Positions 51,153-62,037 of a stretch of 64,000 nt of DNA are shown here, one piece after another; the stretch's first letter is position 1, and the number at the start of each line of letters is the position of its first letter. The stretch comes from Gammaproteobacteria bacterium (GTDB lineage: Bacteria; Pseudomonadota; Gammaproteobacteria; JACCYU01), in contig JBOIDC010000004.1 of assembly GCA_050740315.1 (NCBI GenBank), positions 4,918 through 68,917 on the forward strand. The letters are read 5' to 3'. The notes under the pieces were generated by a model. It had not been told where the DNA came from, did not search any database, and worked only from the letters and a program-made list of their open reading frames with translations. Both the position numbers and the translations under genes were made by a program.

Positions 51153-51809
51153 TTAATCCGAGGTTCCTCGATGATCATCTGCCGGCGCGGCATTGCCCCG
51201 GACTGCGGCAACGCGCTCAACGCGCGCCTCCAGACGATCGACGTCGCCGCGCAGATGATCGATTTCGTCCATGAATTGTTCGACCTCGACACGCGCGGGC
51301 ACCAGGCGCACTTCTTCCTGCAGATATTCCGAGATGTCCATGCGCAGCTTTTCGACGACGCCGGCAACACCCGCGGCGAGGCCGCGCGCCGCGTTACCGG
51401 CCTGATGTGCGGGAATATCGCCGATGCGCCCGGCCAGCCATTCCTCCCAGTCTATTTCCACGCCGGCGAGCACTTCGTGGAACACGCGCGCGACTTCAGC
51501 GTCGCCGCGGATTTCGACATCATCACCCAACGGGGCGGCGCCCGTCTTACGTGACGCACCGAGCCGCGTCAGCGCCAGCGGCGAACCGCGAATTATCGTG
51601 TCGGGCTCAAACGCCCGATGACCGCTCACCTGTACTTTTCCGTCCAGCGGCCGCACCAGCAGCGTCACGTCCGGCCCGGCAAGCTCGATCGCGATCAGTT
51701 TGCCGGAGATCGTCGCCAGCCGCGCGGCGGTCTCGCGGTCGAGGCCCAAATAGGCGTTGAGCGCGTTTTCCAGCAAGGGCGCGCCAAGATGTGCGAGGTT
51801 CATATTCAT
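51153..51809 (-). CDS. ubiJ: Ubiquinone biosynthesis accessory factor UbiJ (SCP2 domain)
   Basis: Positioned between ubiE and ubiB. SCP2-like N-terminus (LENALNAYL...); the weak start is assigned to the internal MNMNLAH. Confidence 0.65.
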   Translation of the reverse strand: MNMNLAHLGAPLLENALNAYLGLDRETAARLATISGKLIAIELAGPDVTLLVRPLDGKVQVSGHRAFEPDTIIRGSPLALTRLGASRKTGAAPLGDDVEIRGDAEVARVFHEVLAGVEIDWEEWLAGRIGDIPAHQAGNAARGLAAGVAGVVEKLRMDISEYLQEEVRLVPARVEVEQFMDEIDHLRGDVDRLEARVERVAAVRGNAAPADDHRGTSD

Positions 51810-51935
51810 GCGCCGGTCAGTAACGACTGTCTGATGTGCATGCGGGGTTCGAGTCCTGCGAAACCGGCCAATGCGCTTGCGGTTCAAGCGCGTCCATAAC
51901 ATTATCCGGCGTGCGCCCTGGACACGGAACGCGGA

Positions 51936-52673
51936 CTACAGCTTGTAACCGCGATGCACCGCCACGATGCCGGCGCTCAAAGCGTAATAGTCGCAGCGCT
52001 CGAAACCGGCGCGCGTCATCATGCTCAGCAAGGTCTCCTGGTCGGGCTGCATGCGGATGGACTCGGCGAGATAACGGTAACTGTCGGCGTCACCCGCCAC
52101 CAGCCGACCCATCAGCGGCAGGACGTTGAAAGTGTAAAGGTCGTAAATGGGCCTCAGCCAGGGTTTGGGTTGAGAGAACTCCAGCACCAGCAGCGATCCG
52201 CCCGGCTTGAGCACGCGATACATGGCGGCCAGCGCGGCCTCCTGATCCGTCACATTGCGCAGACCGAAGGTGATGGTGATGCGATCGAAACAATTATCCG
52301 CGAATGGCAAGTGCTCGGCGTCGGCCTGTACGTAACGCACGTTGCCGGCGACCCCGCGGTCGGTCATGCGGTCGCGGCCCCGGGCAAGCATCGCATCGTT
52401 GATGTCGCACAACACCACCTCACCCGTGGGCCCGACCTTGTCCGCCATTGGCAAGGCCAGATCGCCGGTGCCGGCGGCTACATCCAGCACCCGCTGTCCG
52501 CGCCGCAAACCGGTCAATAACAGCGCATAAAACTTCCACAAGCGGTGAATGCCCAACGACATCAAGTCGTTCATAAGATCATAGCGCGGCGCGACCGAAC
52601 GAAACACGCCCGCGACCCTGCGCGCCTTGTCCTTCGCGGCGATGCGCTCGAAGCCAAAATGCGTGGTTTTCAT
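51936..52673 (-). CDS. ubiE: Ubiquinone/menaquinone C-methyltransferase UbiE
   Basis: [44 protein letters not shown]. Confidence 0.9.
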   Translation of the reverse strand: MKTTHFGFERIAAKDKARRVAGVFRSVAPRYDLMNDLMSLGIHRLWKFYALLLTGLRRGQRVLDVAAGTGDLALPMADKVGPTGEVVLCDINDAMLARGRDRMTDRGVAGNVRYVQADAEHLPFADNCFDRITITFGLRNVTDQEAALAAMYRVLKPGGSLLVLEFSQPKPWLRPIYDLYTFNVLPLMGRLVAGDADSYRYLAESIRMQPDQETLLSMMTRAGFERCDYYALSAGIVAVHRGYKL

Positions 52674-52777
52674 TCGCTGCTCAAAGACCCAAACGCATTG
52701 TTGCAGGTTAACTGGCGTGATGGAAACGGGTCGCATGCATACCCGCCTCTGGCGCATCTTCAACTGCCGCTTCAAGG

Positions 52778-53143
52778 CTACGTACGGGCTTTGCGCGCGC
52801 GCCCGGCGGTGGCGAGCCGCTGCAGATAAGCCTGCCAGTTCTGCGCCTGCCGCGCGCCCAGTTCGTAAAGATAATCCCAGCTGAAGATGCCGGTTTTGTG
52901 GCCGTCGCTGAACACCAGCCTGACAGCATAGTTGCCGACCGGCTCTATCGCGTCAATCCCGACATCCTCCTTGTCGAGCTGCAACACGTCCTGTCCCGGC
53001 CCGTGACCGCGCACCTCAGCCGATGGCGAGTAGACGCGCAGATACTCGCAGGGCAGTTCGAACCGCGCGCCGTCGTCGAACGCGATTTCCAGCACGCGCG
53101 ATTTCTGATGCAGCGCGATGTCGGTGGGCCGGGGCTTGGACAT
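52778..53143 (-). CDS. DUF971 (gamma-butyrobetaine hydroxylase-like N-terminal domain) protein
   Basis: Conserved position upstream of ubiE; FSWDYLYEL motif. Confidence 0.65.
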   Translation of the reverse strand: MSKPRPTDIALHQKSRVLEIAFDDGARFELPCEYLRVYSPSAEVRGHGPGQDVLQLDKEDVGIDAIEPVGNYAVRLVFSDGHKTGIFSWDYLYELGARQAQNWQAYLQRLATAGRARKART

Positions 53144-53263
53144 GAGGTCAGTCCACAACAATTAACGGCAAAGCTGGCGATGACTTCGTCGCGGTGGCGG
53201 CGATCGCGATCTGGAGATCGCGCATGCAGACCGCAGACATCGAATGAGCAGAAAACGGCATGG

Positions 53264-54589
53264 TTACAGAATATACCGGCTCAAATCGTCGTCCTTGATC
53301 AGATCGCCCAGGTGCTTGTCCACGTACTTCGCATCGATCACAATCGACTCGCCGTTGCGATCCGGCGCGGCGAACGAGATGCTGTCCAGCAGGCGCTCCA
53401 TGACCGTGTGCAGCCGGCGCGCGCCGATATTCTCGGTGCGCTCGTTCACGTCGTGCGCCACCTGGGCGATGCGTTCGACGCCGTCGGCGCTGAAGGTCAC
53501 GTCCAGACCCTCGGTCTTGAGCAAAGCGGTGTACTGTTCGGTCAGCGATGCGTCGGGCTCGGTGAGGATGCGCACGAAATCCTCCGCCGATAACGCGTCC
53601 AGCTCCACGCGGATCGGCAGACGGCCCTGCAGCTCCGGCACCAGATCGGAAGGCTTGGATAGATGAAACGCGCCGGAAGCGATGAACAGAATGTGGTCGG
53701 TGCGCACCATGCCGTGCTTGGTGCTCACGGTGCAGCCTTCCACCAGCGGCAGCAGGTCGCGCTGCACGCCTTCGCGCGACACGTCCACGCCGCTGTATTC
53801 CCCGCGCCGCGCAACCTTGTCGATCTCGTCGATGAACACGATGCCGTTCTGTTCTACGTTCTGCAACGCGCGCGTCTTCAAGTCCTCCTCGTTGACCATC
53901 TTGTGCGCCTCTTCGTCGGTCAGCAGCTTGAACGCCTCCTTGATGCGCAGCTTGCGTTTCTTGCTGCGCGAACCGGCGAGATTCTGAAACATGTTCTGCA
54001 ACTGGCTGGCCATTTCCTCCATGCCGGGCGGCGTCATGATCTCCACGCCCATGGGTGACAGCTGCAGTTCGACCTCGATCTCCTTGTCGTCCAGCTCGCC
54101 TTCGCGCAGTTTCCTGCGGAATTTCTGCCGCGTGGCAGATTCCCGTTCCTCCGCCGGCTCGCCATCGAAGCGGGCGTGCGGCAGCAGGACATCGAGAATG
54201 CGCTCTTCGGCGGCTTCCATCGCCCGATAACGCACCTTGGCGACTTCCGCCTCACGCGTGAGCTTGATCGATGCATCGGCCAGATCGCGGATGATCGATT
54301 CGACATCGCGGCCCACGTAGCCGACTTCGGTAAACTTGGTGGCCTCCACCTTGATAAACGGCGCGTTGGCCAGCCGCGCCAGCCGGCGCGCGATCTCGGT
54401 CTTGCCCACGCCGGTAGGACCGATCATCAGGATATTCTTGGGCGTGACTTCGCCGCGCAAATGCTCGGACAACTGCAGCCGGCGCCAGCGGTTGCGCAGC
54501 GCGATCGCGACCGCACGCTTGGCGTCGCTCTGCCCGACAATGTGCTTGTCGAGTTCCTGAACAATTTCTCTGGGAGTCATTTCGGACAT
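53264..54589 (-). CDS. hslU: ATP-dependent protease ATPase subunit HslU
   Basis: [32 protein letters not shown] Walker A, I-domain, C-terminal DLSRYIL. Confidence 0.95.
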   Translation of the reverse strand: MSEMTPREIVQELDKHIVGQSDAKRAVAIALRNRWRRLQLSEHLRGEVTPKNILMIGPTGVGKTEIARRLARLANAPFIKVEATKFTEVGYVGRDVESIIRDLADASIKLTREAEVAKVRYRAMEAAEERILDVLLPHARFDGEPAEERESATRQKFRRKLREGELDDKEIEVELQLSPMGVEIMTPPGMEEMASQLQNMFQNLAGSRSKKRKLRIKEAFKLLTDEEAHKMVNEEDLKTRALQNVEQNGIVFIDEIDKVARRGEYSGVDVSREGVQRDLLPLVEGCTVSTKHGMVRTDHILFIASGAFHLSKPSDLVPELQGRLPIRVELDALSAEDFVRILTEPDASLTEQYTALLKTEGLDVTFSADGVERIAQVAHDVNERTENIGARRLHTVMERLLDSISFAAPDRNGESIVIDAKYVDKHLGDLIKDDDLSRYIL

Positions 54590-54706
54590 AAAAATTTACC
54601 GGGCTCATGGCGCGGCGGGATTCTTGTACGCGCGACACAGCGATCCCCCACCGCCTGGGGCCGCGATCAAGGTTCGCGCCTACGGCAACATCGCTTTGGG
54701 CCGGCC

Positions 54707-55240
54707 CTAAAGCTCTTCGATAGAAATGTTTCGGTTGGTATAAATGCAGATGTCGCCGGCGATATTCAAGGCCCTCTCCACAATCTCGCGCGCGGAAAGC
54801 CCGGTATTTTCCAGCAGCGCGCGCGCCGCGGACTGCGCGAACGGGCCGCCGGAACCGATCGCGATCAGGCTTTGCTCGGGTTCGATCACGTCGCCGTTGC
54901 CCGAAATCACCAGCGACGCATCCGCATCGGCCACCGCCAGCAGCGCCTCCAGCCGGCGCAGAATGCGATCGGTGCGCCAGTCTTTCGCCAGTTCCACCGC
55001 GGCGCGCGTCAGCTGGCCGCTGTGCTTTTCGAGCTTGCCCTCGAAGCGTTCGAACAAGGTAAACGCATCCGCCGTGCCACCCGCGAAACCCGCAATGACC
55101 TTATCCTGATACAGCCGGCGCACCTTGCGGGCATTGTTCTTCAGCACTGTCTGGCCCAGGGTCACCTGCCCGTCGCCGCCCAGCGCGACCTTGCCGTCGC
55201 GGCGCACGGATAGAATCGTCGTTCCTCTGTATTGCGGCAA
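54707..55240 (-). CDS. hslV: ATP-dependent protease subunit HslV
   Basis: [20 protein letters not shown]-terminal Thr. Annotated start is TTG, giving a short MPQYRG leader. Confidence 0.85.
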   Translation of the reverse strand: MPQYRGTTILSVRRDGKVALGGDGQVTLGQTVLKNNARKVRRLYQDKVIAGFAGGTADAFTLFERFEGKLEKHSGQLTRAAVELAKDWRTDRILRRLEALLAVADADASLVISGNGDVIEPEQSLIAIGSGGPFAQSAARALLENTGLSAREIVERALNIAGDICIYTNRNISIEEL

Positions 55241-55330
55241 AACAAGCCCCAGTTCGCGAAAAGCTACATTGTATACGAGACAGTGCGATCACCCATACCG
55301 TTCCGAGGTCCCACGCCTGGGCCTCGGAGA

Positions 55331-56227
55331 CTATTTGCGGGCGCGCGGATGGGCTTTATCGTAAACCTGGGCGAGGTGTTGAAAATCGAGATGGGTATAA
55401 ACCTGCGTGGTGCCGATGTTCGCATGCCCCAGCAGTTCCTGCACGGCGCGCAGGTCGCCGGAGGATTCCAGCAGATGGCTGGCGAAGGCGTGCCGCAGCA
55501 TGTGCGGATGGACGTGCTGGGCGATGCCTCGCCGCCGCGCCCAGGCGCGCACGCGATACTGGATGGCGCGCGCCGTCAGACGGTGCCCGGAGCGCCCGAC
55601 GAACAACGCTGTCTCACCGAACGCGGCCAAGCTAGGTCTCGCCTGCAGCCATCGCTCCAGCGCCTCCCAGGCAAAGCGGCCCACCGGCACTTTGCGCTGC
55701 TTGGCGCCCTTGCCGATCACGTCCACCACGCCGTCGGCGCGATCCATGCTTGAGAGTTCCAGCGAGACCAGTTCCGCCAGTCGCAGGCCAGAGGAATAAG
55801 CCAGCTCCATGATCGCGCGGTCACGCAGCGCCAGCGGATCGTTGTCGTCAATCTGCAGCAGACGGTGCATCTGATCGGCGTCCAGCACCGACGGCAGTTT
55901 GCGCGGCGCACGTGGCGCGCGGACATGGCGCACCGGGTTATTCCGGGCGTCACCCTGCTCGGCTAAAAATCCGGCGAACGCGCGCAGCGCGGAGAGCTTG
56001 CGTTGCAGGCTGCGACCGGACAGCCCGCCACGGTACCGCCAGGCCGCATAGGCGCGCACGCATGCCACATCCACCTGCCGCCAGCGGCCACGTCCCTCAG
56101 TGGATAGATATTGTAAAAACTGACCGATATCGCACCGATACGCGGACAGGGTATGCGCCGAATAGCCGCGCGCATGGGCGAGATGCTGCAAGAACGCCTC
56201 AAGCGACGCCTTGAGTTCGGCATCCAT
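55331..56227 (-). CDS. xerC: Tyrosine recombinase XerC
   Basis: R...HxxR...Y catalytic pattern (HMLRHAFASHLL, LGHANIGTTQVYTHL). Confidence 0.85.
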   Translation of the reverse strand: MDAELKASLEAFLQHLAHARGYSAHTLSAYRCDIGQFLQYLSTEGRGRWRQVDVACVRAYAAWRYRGGLSGRSLQRKLSALRAFAGFLAEQGDARNNPVRHVRAPRAPRKLPSVLDADQMHRLLQIDDNDPLALRDRAIMELAYSSGLRLAELVSLELSSMDRADGVVDVIGKGAKQRKVPVGRFAWEALERWLQARPSLAAFGETALFVGRSGHRLTARAIQYRVRAWARRRGIAQHVHPHMLRHAFASHLLESSGDLRAVQELLGHANIGTTQVYTHLDFQHLAQVYDKAHPRARK

Positions 56228-56260
56228 GATCTTGCGGCGAAGTTCCGCGCCCCGGCGAGG

Positions 56261-56962
56261 TCAGCGGCCCAGATGAGACCCTATGGCGCGACTGACCAGT
56301 TCGCCGAGATAGCCTAAAAACAGCGTGCCCATGCCGACGTGGAAGCGATCCTGTTCGGCGCTGCCCAGGGCCAGCACGCCCAGCCGCTTGCCATCGACCA
56401 ACGGCACCATGACCGCCGAAGCGACGCCCCCGACTTCGGCATCGAACAGATAATTCACCCGCGCATCGGCCAGCAGACCGGCGACTGGACGCTTGGTCTT
56501 GAACAGCCCATCAAACAGGCTGGCCGCAGTATCGTCTTCGGCCAGCAGATGCGCGCTCGCCTGCAGGGCGGTGCGCGGATTTCTGAACAGTTTTAGCACC
56601 ACCTGCGTGGATGGGAACTCGCTGCGCAACAGCTCCCTGGTGGTGGCAATCACCTCCTGCAAACCATCGGCCTCCATCAGCGCCAGCGCCAGGCGATGCA
56701 GGCGGGAACTCAAGCTTTCGTTGTCCCGCGCCACCTGCACGAGATCAATCAGCTTGCGTTCCAGCTGCCGATTGCGCGCGCGCAGCGCCGCCACCTGCCG
56801 CTCCACCAGCGACACGGCCCCACCACGGGCATGGGGAATCGTCAGGCTTTCCAGCAGACCGGTGTGGCGCTCGAAGAAATCCGGATGGGCAAGGAGATAC
56901 TGCTCGACCGCAGGCTCAGAAAGCGCCTCGCGTTCAAGCTTCGACGTGCGCGCCCTGGTCAT
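56261..56962 (-). CDS. DUF484 family protein (YigA-like)
   Basis: Conserved dapF-DUF484-xerC arrangement; coiled-coil N-terminus. Confidence 0.7.
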   Translation of the reverse strand: MTRARTSKLEREALSEPAVEQYLLAHPDFFERHTGLLESLTIPHARGGAVSLVERQVAALRARNRQLERKLIDLVQVARDNESLSSRLHRLALALMEADGLQEVIATTRELLRSEFPSTQVVLKLFRNPRTALQASAHLLAEDDTAASLFDGLFKTKRPVAGLLADARVNYLFDAEVGGVASAVMVPLVDGKRLGVLALGSAEQDRFHVGMGTLFLGYLGELVSRAIGSHLGR

Positions 56963-57800
56963 GATCTATGCTCCCCTCAAAGACTCTTGTTGCCGGGCCG
57001 GTCATTTGCACCGGTGCGTGCCCGCCGGGCCAGCTTACCATAAGTTGTCCGCCGGCAAGCATCACACGGACCCGCTCATCGAGCAGGCCGCGCAGACGCC
57101 CGGCAACCACGGCGGCGCAGGCGCCACTGCCGCAGGCAAGCGTCTCCCCGACGCCGCGCTCGTACACCCGCAGACGAATGGTCTTGCGGTCGATGACCTG
57201 CATGAAACCCACGTTGGCGCGCCTGGGAAAACGCACATGCGCCTCGAGCTTGGCGCCAAGCGTGTCGACTGGCGCGGCCGCAACATCGTCGACTAACAGC
57301 ACCGCGTGCGGGTTGCCCATGGATACCGCGCTGAGTTCGATCGCCTCGCCGGCGACCTCGACTCGATAGCTCGACGATTCTTCGTCGGCCAGAAACGGTA
57401 TCTCCCGCGGCGCCAGTCGCGGCCGGCCCATGTCGACTGTCACCAGCCCGGTCGGTTCGATGCGGACCGCGACGATGCTTCCTGCCGTTTCCAGCTTGAC
57501 CGTGGCGTTGGAAATCAGCGCGCGCTCGTGCAGATAGCGCGCGACACAGCGTGCGCCGTTGCCGCATTGCTCGACCTCGCCGCCATCGGCGTTGAAGATG
57601 CGATAGCCAAAATCCGCACCGGGCATCCGCGCCCGCTCGATCATGAGCAATTGGTCGCAGCCCACCCCCAGCCTGCGATTGGCGATAAATCGAATCTGCG
57701 CCTCGCTCAGTTCAAGCGGCCGCTCGACGGCGTCGATCAGCACGAAGTCGTTGCCCAACCCGTGCATCTTTGTGAAAGCGAGCGGCACGGATTTGGTCAA
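56934..57800 (-). CDS. dapF: Diaminopimelate epimerase DapF
   Basis: FTKMHGLGNDFVLID, two catalytic Cys regions (CGNGARC, CGSGACA). Confidence 0.9.
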   Translation of the reverse strand: MTKSVPLAFTKMHGLGNDFVLIDAVERPLELSEAQIRFIANRRLGVGCDQLLMIERARMPGADFGYRIFNADGGEVEQCGNGARCVARYLHERALISNATVKLETAGSIVAVRIEPTGLVTVDMGRPRLAPREIPFLADEESSSYRVEVAGEAIELSAVSMGNPHAVLLVDDVAAAPVDTLGAKLEAHVRFPRRANVGFMQVIDRKTIRLRVYERGVGETLACGSGACAAVVAGRLRGLLDERVRVMLAGGQLMVSWPGGHAPVQMTGPATRVFEGSIDHDQGAHVEA

Positions 57801-58204
57801 CCGCTCTGCTGGCCGCTTGCCAGTGGCAACTCCCGCGCCACGGCCATGGACGTCCTGCGCCGGTACGGGTCGATCAAATCATGACTTTGCTGAACGATCG
57901 ATTGATGAACTTCGATACCGGGAAATTTGGGTGCGAGAAATTCGTAAGCCAATAGCAGCGCAAGACCCAGGATCAGCAGCAGACTCCCGATCAGCGCATA
58001 GCGTAACGGGCGCACTTGCCGCTGACGCACGCGTTCGCTGAAGTCCCGTCGGCGATGGATGCGCTCGCTGAGATTTGCGGGCACCTCGATGGCGAGTGCA
58101 TCGCACAGCCTGCGTTCGAGCACCGCACCGCGGCGCGCGAATTGCCGGCAACTGTCGCAGGCGCGCTCGTGCCGGGCCAGCGCCATGTCCCGCTCGCCCG
58201 GCAT
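57797..58204 (-). CDS. Anti-sigma factor (zinc-finger HxxxCxxC, single TM)
   Basis: ARHERACDSCRQF motif and one TM segment. Immediately downstream of the ECF sigma gene. Confidence 0.55.
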   Translation of the reverse strand: MPGERDMALARHERACDSCRQFARRGAVLERRLCDALAIEVPANLSERIHRRRDFSERVRQRQVRPLRYALIGSLLLILGLALLLAYEFLAPKFPGIEVHQSIVQQSHDLIDPYRRRTSMAVARELPLASGQQSG

Positions 58205-58236
58205 GGTGAGCCACCTGCGACGAAAATCCAGGCAGT

Positions 58237-58755
58237 TCAAGCTCTGGCCGTGTTGGAGCCGGCGTGCCGGGCGTCGCTCAGTACGCCCCGCAACTGTCGG
58301 CGAGCCCTGGCGACGCGCGTGGTCACCGCACTGACGCTGACACCCAGCATACGGGCAATCTCGTCGCAACTGAAACCGCCGATGACCTGCAGGATCAGCG
58401 GTTCGCAGTCATCCGGGGGCAACGCCGCGAGCGCGCGCCTGAGCATGAACACATCCGCGTTGGGCTCGTAACGCTCGGCGCCGGCGGCCATGCCGTCGGT
58501 GACGAGCTGAGCCATGTGCCCGTGTGGGCGATTGCCATGCCGGCCGTACTCGCGTTTAAGCAACATAAACAACCAGTAGCGGGAGGTGCTTGTGGCCTTG
58601 AGCCCATCCAGGCTGCGCCAGGCGCGTAAATAAGTGTCCTGCACGAGATCTTCGGCGAGCACACGGTCACCCGTAAGCCATGCCGCATAGCGATACAGGT
58701 CGGTGGAACAGCCATCCACCAGCAATTGAAACTTAGCCTGCCGGGATTTCCGCAT
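58237..58755 (-). CDS. ECF (group IV) sigma-70 family sigma factor
   Basis: Region 2 (DLVQDTYLRAWR) and region 4 (DEIARMLGVSVSAVTTRVARARRQLR). Confidence 0.85.
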   Translation of the reverse strand: MRKSRQAKFQLLVDGCSTDLYRYAAWLTGDRVLAEDLVQDTYLRAWRSLDGLKATSTSRYWLFMLLKREYGRHGNRPHGHMAQLVTDGMAAGAERYEPNADVFMLRRALAALPPDDCEPLILQVIGGFSCDEIARMLGVSVSAVTTRVARARRQLRGVLSDARHAGSNTARA

Positions 58756-58902
58756 GGTCGCGACCGTGTAGCCCTTGTTGCGTTGTGTCGTGGATGATGT
58801 CTCGATACCGAAACTATAGTACAGGTGCCGCGCGGCTGCGATAAGAGTTTTGCGCGTGGCGATTTTTCATGTAAGACGCCCCTGAATAAAATTCCCCCGC
58901 GG

Positions 58903-60150
58903 TCAGGGCAGCAGATGCTCGCCGGCGAGCATCTGCTGCAGCGTTTCACGCTCACGGATCAGGTGCGTCCGGCCGCCATCCACCATAACCTCGGCGGCGC
59001 GCGGACGCGTGTTGTAATTGCCCGCCATCGAGAATCCATAGGCGCCGGCGGCATGCACGGCCAGCAGCTCGCCGCCCTGAACGGCGAGCGCCCGCTCTTT
59101 GCCGATGAAGTCCGCGGTCTCGCAAACCGGACCGACAACGTCGTAAATGCAAGGCTGCGTCACCGCAACACGCGCAACCGGAACAATCGAATGCCAGGCG
59201 TCATACATGGCGGGACGCAGAAAGTCGTTCATCGCCGCATCCACCACCGCAAACCGCTTGTGCCCGTTGTCTTTGGTGTACTGAACGCGCGTAACCAGAA
59301 TGCCCGCATCGCCCACGATGGCGCGGCCCGGCTCCAGCAGGAGTCGGTATGGCCGCTCGGCCATGTTCGCCAGCAGCGTCTCGACATACGCGCCTGGCGT
59401 GGGCGCGGTTTCCTCATGATATCGAATACCCAGACCGCCGCCCAGATCCAGATGATCGATCGAGATGCCTTCCCGTTCGAGCTGTTCCCCAAGCCGCAGC
59501 ACGCGCCGCAACGCGTCCACGAACGGGGCAAGTTCGGTCAGCTGCGAACCGATGTGACAATCGATGCCCACCAGCCTTACGCGTGCCAGTCCGGCGGCGC
59601 GGCGGTAGACTTCGAGCGCCTGATCGATACCGATACCGAATTTGTTTTCCTTGAGCCCCGTGGAAATATAAGGATGCGTACGCGCGTCCACGTCCGGATT
59701 CACCCGCAGCGACACCGGCGCGACCGCATGCATGTCAGCCGCCACTGCCGCCAGAAGATCCAGTTCCGCTTCGGATTCGACGTTGAAACACAGGATGCCC
59801 GCCTCCAGCGCGCGCTGCATCTCGTCAGCGCGTTTGCCCACGCCGGAAAAAACGATCCTGGCCGGGTCGCCGCCCGCGCGCAGCACGCGCTCCAGCTCGC
59901 CGACAGAGACGATATCGAAACCGGAGCCCAGGCGCGCCAGCACGTTTAACACCGCGACATTGGAATTCGCCTTCACGGCGTAACAGAGCAGATGCGGATG
60001 CGCGCGCAGTGCATGATCGAACGCTCGCCATTGGCGCTCGATGGCGGCGCGGGAATAGACGTAGCAGGGCGTGCCATGCGCCTGGGCGATGTCTTCGACC
60101 GCGACATCTTCGGCGAATAATCGATCGCCGCGATAGGCGAACGGGCTCAT
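58903..60150 (-). CDS. lysA: Diaminopimelate decarboxylase LysA
   Basis: CYAVKANSN PLP-lysine region, GGGLGI, EPGR, CETAD motifs. True start ATG 60150. Confidence 0.9.
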   Translation of the reverse strand: MSPFAYRGDRLFAEDVAVEDIAQAHGTPCYVYSRAAIERQWRAFDHALRAHPHLLCYAVKANSNVAVLNVLARLGSGFDIVSVGELERVLRAGGDPARIVFSGVGKRADEMQRALEAGILCFNVESEAELDLLAAVAADMHAVAPVSLRVNPDVDARTHPYISTGLKENKFGIGIDQALEVYRRAAGLARVRLVGIDCHIGSQLTELAPFVDALRRVLRLGEQLEREGISIDHLDLGGGLGIRYHEETAPTPGAYVETLLANMAERPYRLLLEPGRAIVGDAGILVTRVQYTKDNGHKRFAVVDAAMNDFLRPAMYDAWHSIVPVARVAVTQPCIYDVVGPVCETADFIGKERALAVQGGELLAVHAAGAYGFSMAGNYNTRPRAAEVMVDGGRTHLIRERETLQQMLAGEHLLP

Positions 60151-60151
60151 G

Positions 60152-60268
60152 CTAGCGCCGCTCGGTTTTTTTCTCGTCGGGAAGATAAAGGTCGCCTGTC
60201 TGCCCGCAGGCGGCCAGCGACAAGATGGCGGACAGCAGCAGCAAAACACCGGTTTTTGAGATGGGCAT
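60152..60268 (-). CDS. Small lipoprotein (LptM/YifL-like) upstream of lysA
   Basis: MPISKTGVLLLLSAILSLAACGQTGDLYLPDEKK: signal peptide with lipobox LAAC, then the GxLYLP motif typical of YifL; 38 aa. Confidence 0.55.
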   Translation of the reverse strand: MPISKTGVLLLLSAILSLAACGQTGDLYLPDEKKTERR

Positions 60269-60442
60269 AAGCGCGCGCAACGATTGGATATCCGCGCGAG
60301 TATAAGCCCGCGCGGCCAGCGCGCCCAACCGGGCTCGAGCGGCTTCAAGCTCAGCCAGCGTACAAGCGTCGGCTCAACGGGTTGACCATCACGGCGCGCG
60401 GTCGTTAGTGTCGAGGTTCATGTTCTTCCATCGCAAACATCG

Positions 60443-61087
60443 ATGAATCTGATCGCCCTGTCAATCGCCTTCCTGGGGCTGGTGTTCCTGTTGCTGTCCA
60501 TGGCGCGTCTGCGCCGTCGACGGATGCTGGCGGCCGGCGGTCATGGCCTTGCCAGTGCCTTGTTTCTCGCCGGCGGCGTGTTGCTGGGCGCAGTGGCGCT
60601 TAATCTTCAAACGTATCAACGGCTAACCTACGAACAGCCGGTAGCGCAGCTGGCGTTTGCGCGCCTGGCGCCGGAACGCTTCGAAACTTCCCTGGATTAC
60701 CCCGATGGCGCGCGCGACGTGTTCGTGCTGACCGGGGACGAATGGCAGCTGGACGCGCGCGTGCTCAAGTGGAAGGGCTTCGCTACGGTGCTGGGACTGG
60801 ATGCGCGGTTCCGCTTAGAACGCCTGAGCGGACGTCATCGCGATCTCCAGCGCGCGCGTAACGGCCCGCACAGCGTTTATCCGTTGTCGGCTGACGCCGG
60901 ACTCAACCTGTGGCATGTCGCGCAACGCTATAAGCGCTGGATACCCTGGATAGATGCCACGTACGGCACCGCCACCTATCTGCCGATGGCGGATCGCGCC
61001 CGTTACAGCGTGTGGCTGACGCCATCCGGACTCATTGGGCGGCCCGTCAACCAGCCGGCGCGGACGGCAGTGAATCGCTGGCGATAA
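60443..61087 (+). CDS. Hypothetical protein with N-terminal TM helices
   Basis: ORF only; no recognisable motif. Confidence 0.4.
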   Translation: MNLIALSIAFLGLVFLLLSMARLRRRRMLAAGGHGLASALFLAGGVLLGAVALNLQTYQRLTYEQPVAQLAFARLAPERFETSLDYPDGARDVFVLTGDEWQLDARVLKWKGFATVLGLDARFRLERLSGRHRDLQRARNGPHSVYPLSADAGLNLWHVAQRYKRWIPWIDATYGTATYLPMADRARYSVWLTPSGLIGRPVNQPARTAVNRWR

Positions 61088-61199
61088 CATAAACACTGAG
61101 ACCTGTTCAGCCCTCGATACCGCGAGCTCGCGGCCAGCGCGCAAACTGAGCGCGCCAGGTATTGATATACTGAACGCGGAATCTTTACGAAAGCTTTCG

Positions 61200-61658
61200 A
61201 TGAACAAAACGCGGCGCCTGGTGACGCAAGCCGTGCTGGCGCTCGGCGGGATCACCGCGGCATTGAGAATTTGGCGCGGCCCGCGGGCCGCGCCGGCAAG
61301 CGCATTCGCTGCGCATGATGTGGACGGCGCCTTGCAGGACTTGTTCGGCGCAACGCAAACCGATCTCGTTGCATCCGGCAAGATCAAGCTGAGCATTCCC
61401 GACGTGGCCGAAAACGGCGCGATCGTGCCGCTGACGGTGGCCGCCGATCTGAATGGCGTGGAGCAGATCGCGATACTGGCGGCCGACAATCCGCACCCGC
61501 TGACCTCGAGCTATGCAATCCCGGCGGGCACTTTGCCGTACGTGTCCACGCGCATCAAAATGGGCGGCTCCGCCGACGTGCTGGCGGTGGTCAAGACCAG
61601 TGGCAGACTTTATTCTACCCGCAAGCACGTCAAGGTCAGCGTTGGCGGCTGCAGTTGA
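61200..61658 (+). CDS. soxY: Thiosulfate-oxidation carrier protein SoxY (Tat signal, C-terminal GGC swinging-arm cysteine)
   Basis: RRLVTQA twin-arginine leader; C-terminus VKVSVGGCS. Confidence 0.7.
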   Translation: MNKTRRLVTQAVLALGGITAALRIWRGPRAAPASAFAAHDVDGALQDLFGATQTDLVASGKIKLSIPDVAENGAIVPLTVAADLNGVEQIAILAADNPHPLTSSYAIPAGTLPYVSTRIKMGGSADVLAVVKTSGRLYSTRKHVKVSVGGCS

Positions 61659-61677
61659 TGCCCATGTTCCGTGCGCC

Positions 61678-62001
61678 ATGAGCGAAACCATCAGGATCCT
61701 CGCCGAAGTCGACGGCGACATCACGACATTCAAGACCCTCATCCGTCACCCCATGGAAACCGGGCAGCGCAGCAATGAAACCACCGGCGAGCGGATTCCC
61801 GCTCATTTCATCCGCAAGGTCACCGTGGAACATCGCGGCCGCGTGGTCATGACGGCGCTGTGGGGCACGGGGATCTCTGAGAATCCGTATCTTTCGTTCA
61901 AGTTCAAGGGTGCGAAACTCGGCGACCCGGTCAGGCTGAGCTGGGTGGACAATAAAGGCGTATCGGACACCCTCGTGGCCAAGATCGTTAAAGCGGACTA
62001 G
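61678..62001 (+). CDS. soxZ: SoxZ sulfur-carrier complex subunit
   Basis: 108 aa, follows soxY by 20 nt; ETIRILAEVDGD...KFKGAKLGDPV pattern. Confidence 0.7.
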   Translation: MSETIRILAEVDGDITTFKTLIRHPMETGQRSNETTGERIPAHFIRKVTVEHRGRVVMTALWGTGISENPYLSFKFKGAKLGDPVRLSWVDNKGVSDTLVAKIVKAD

Positions 62002-62037
62002 CTCCGGCGCACAGCGGGCCGCCGCTCACTCAGGGCA

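Noticed and set aside
58825-59949. 374-aa plus-strand ORF opposite lysA
   Set aside because: Shadow ORF.
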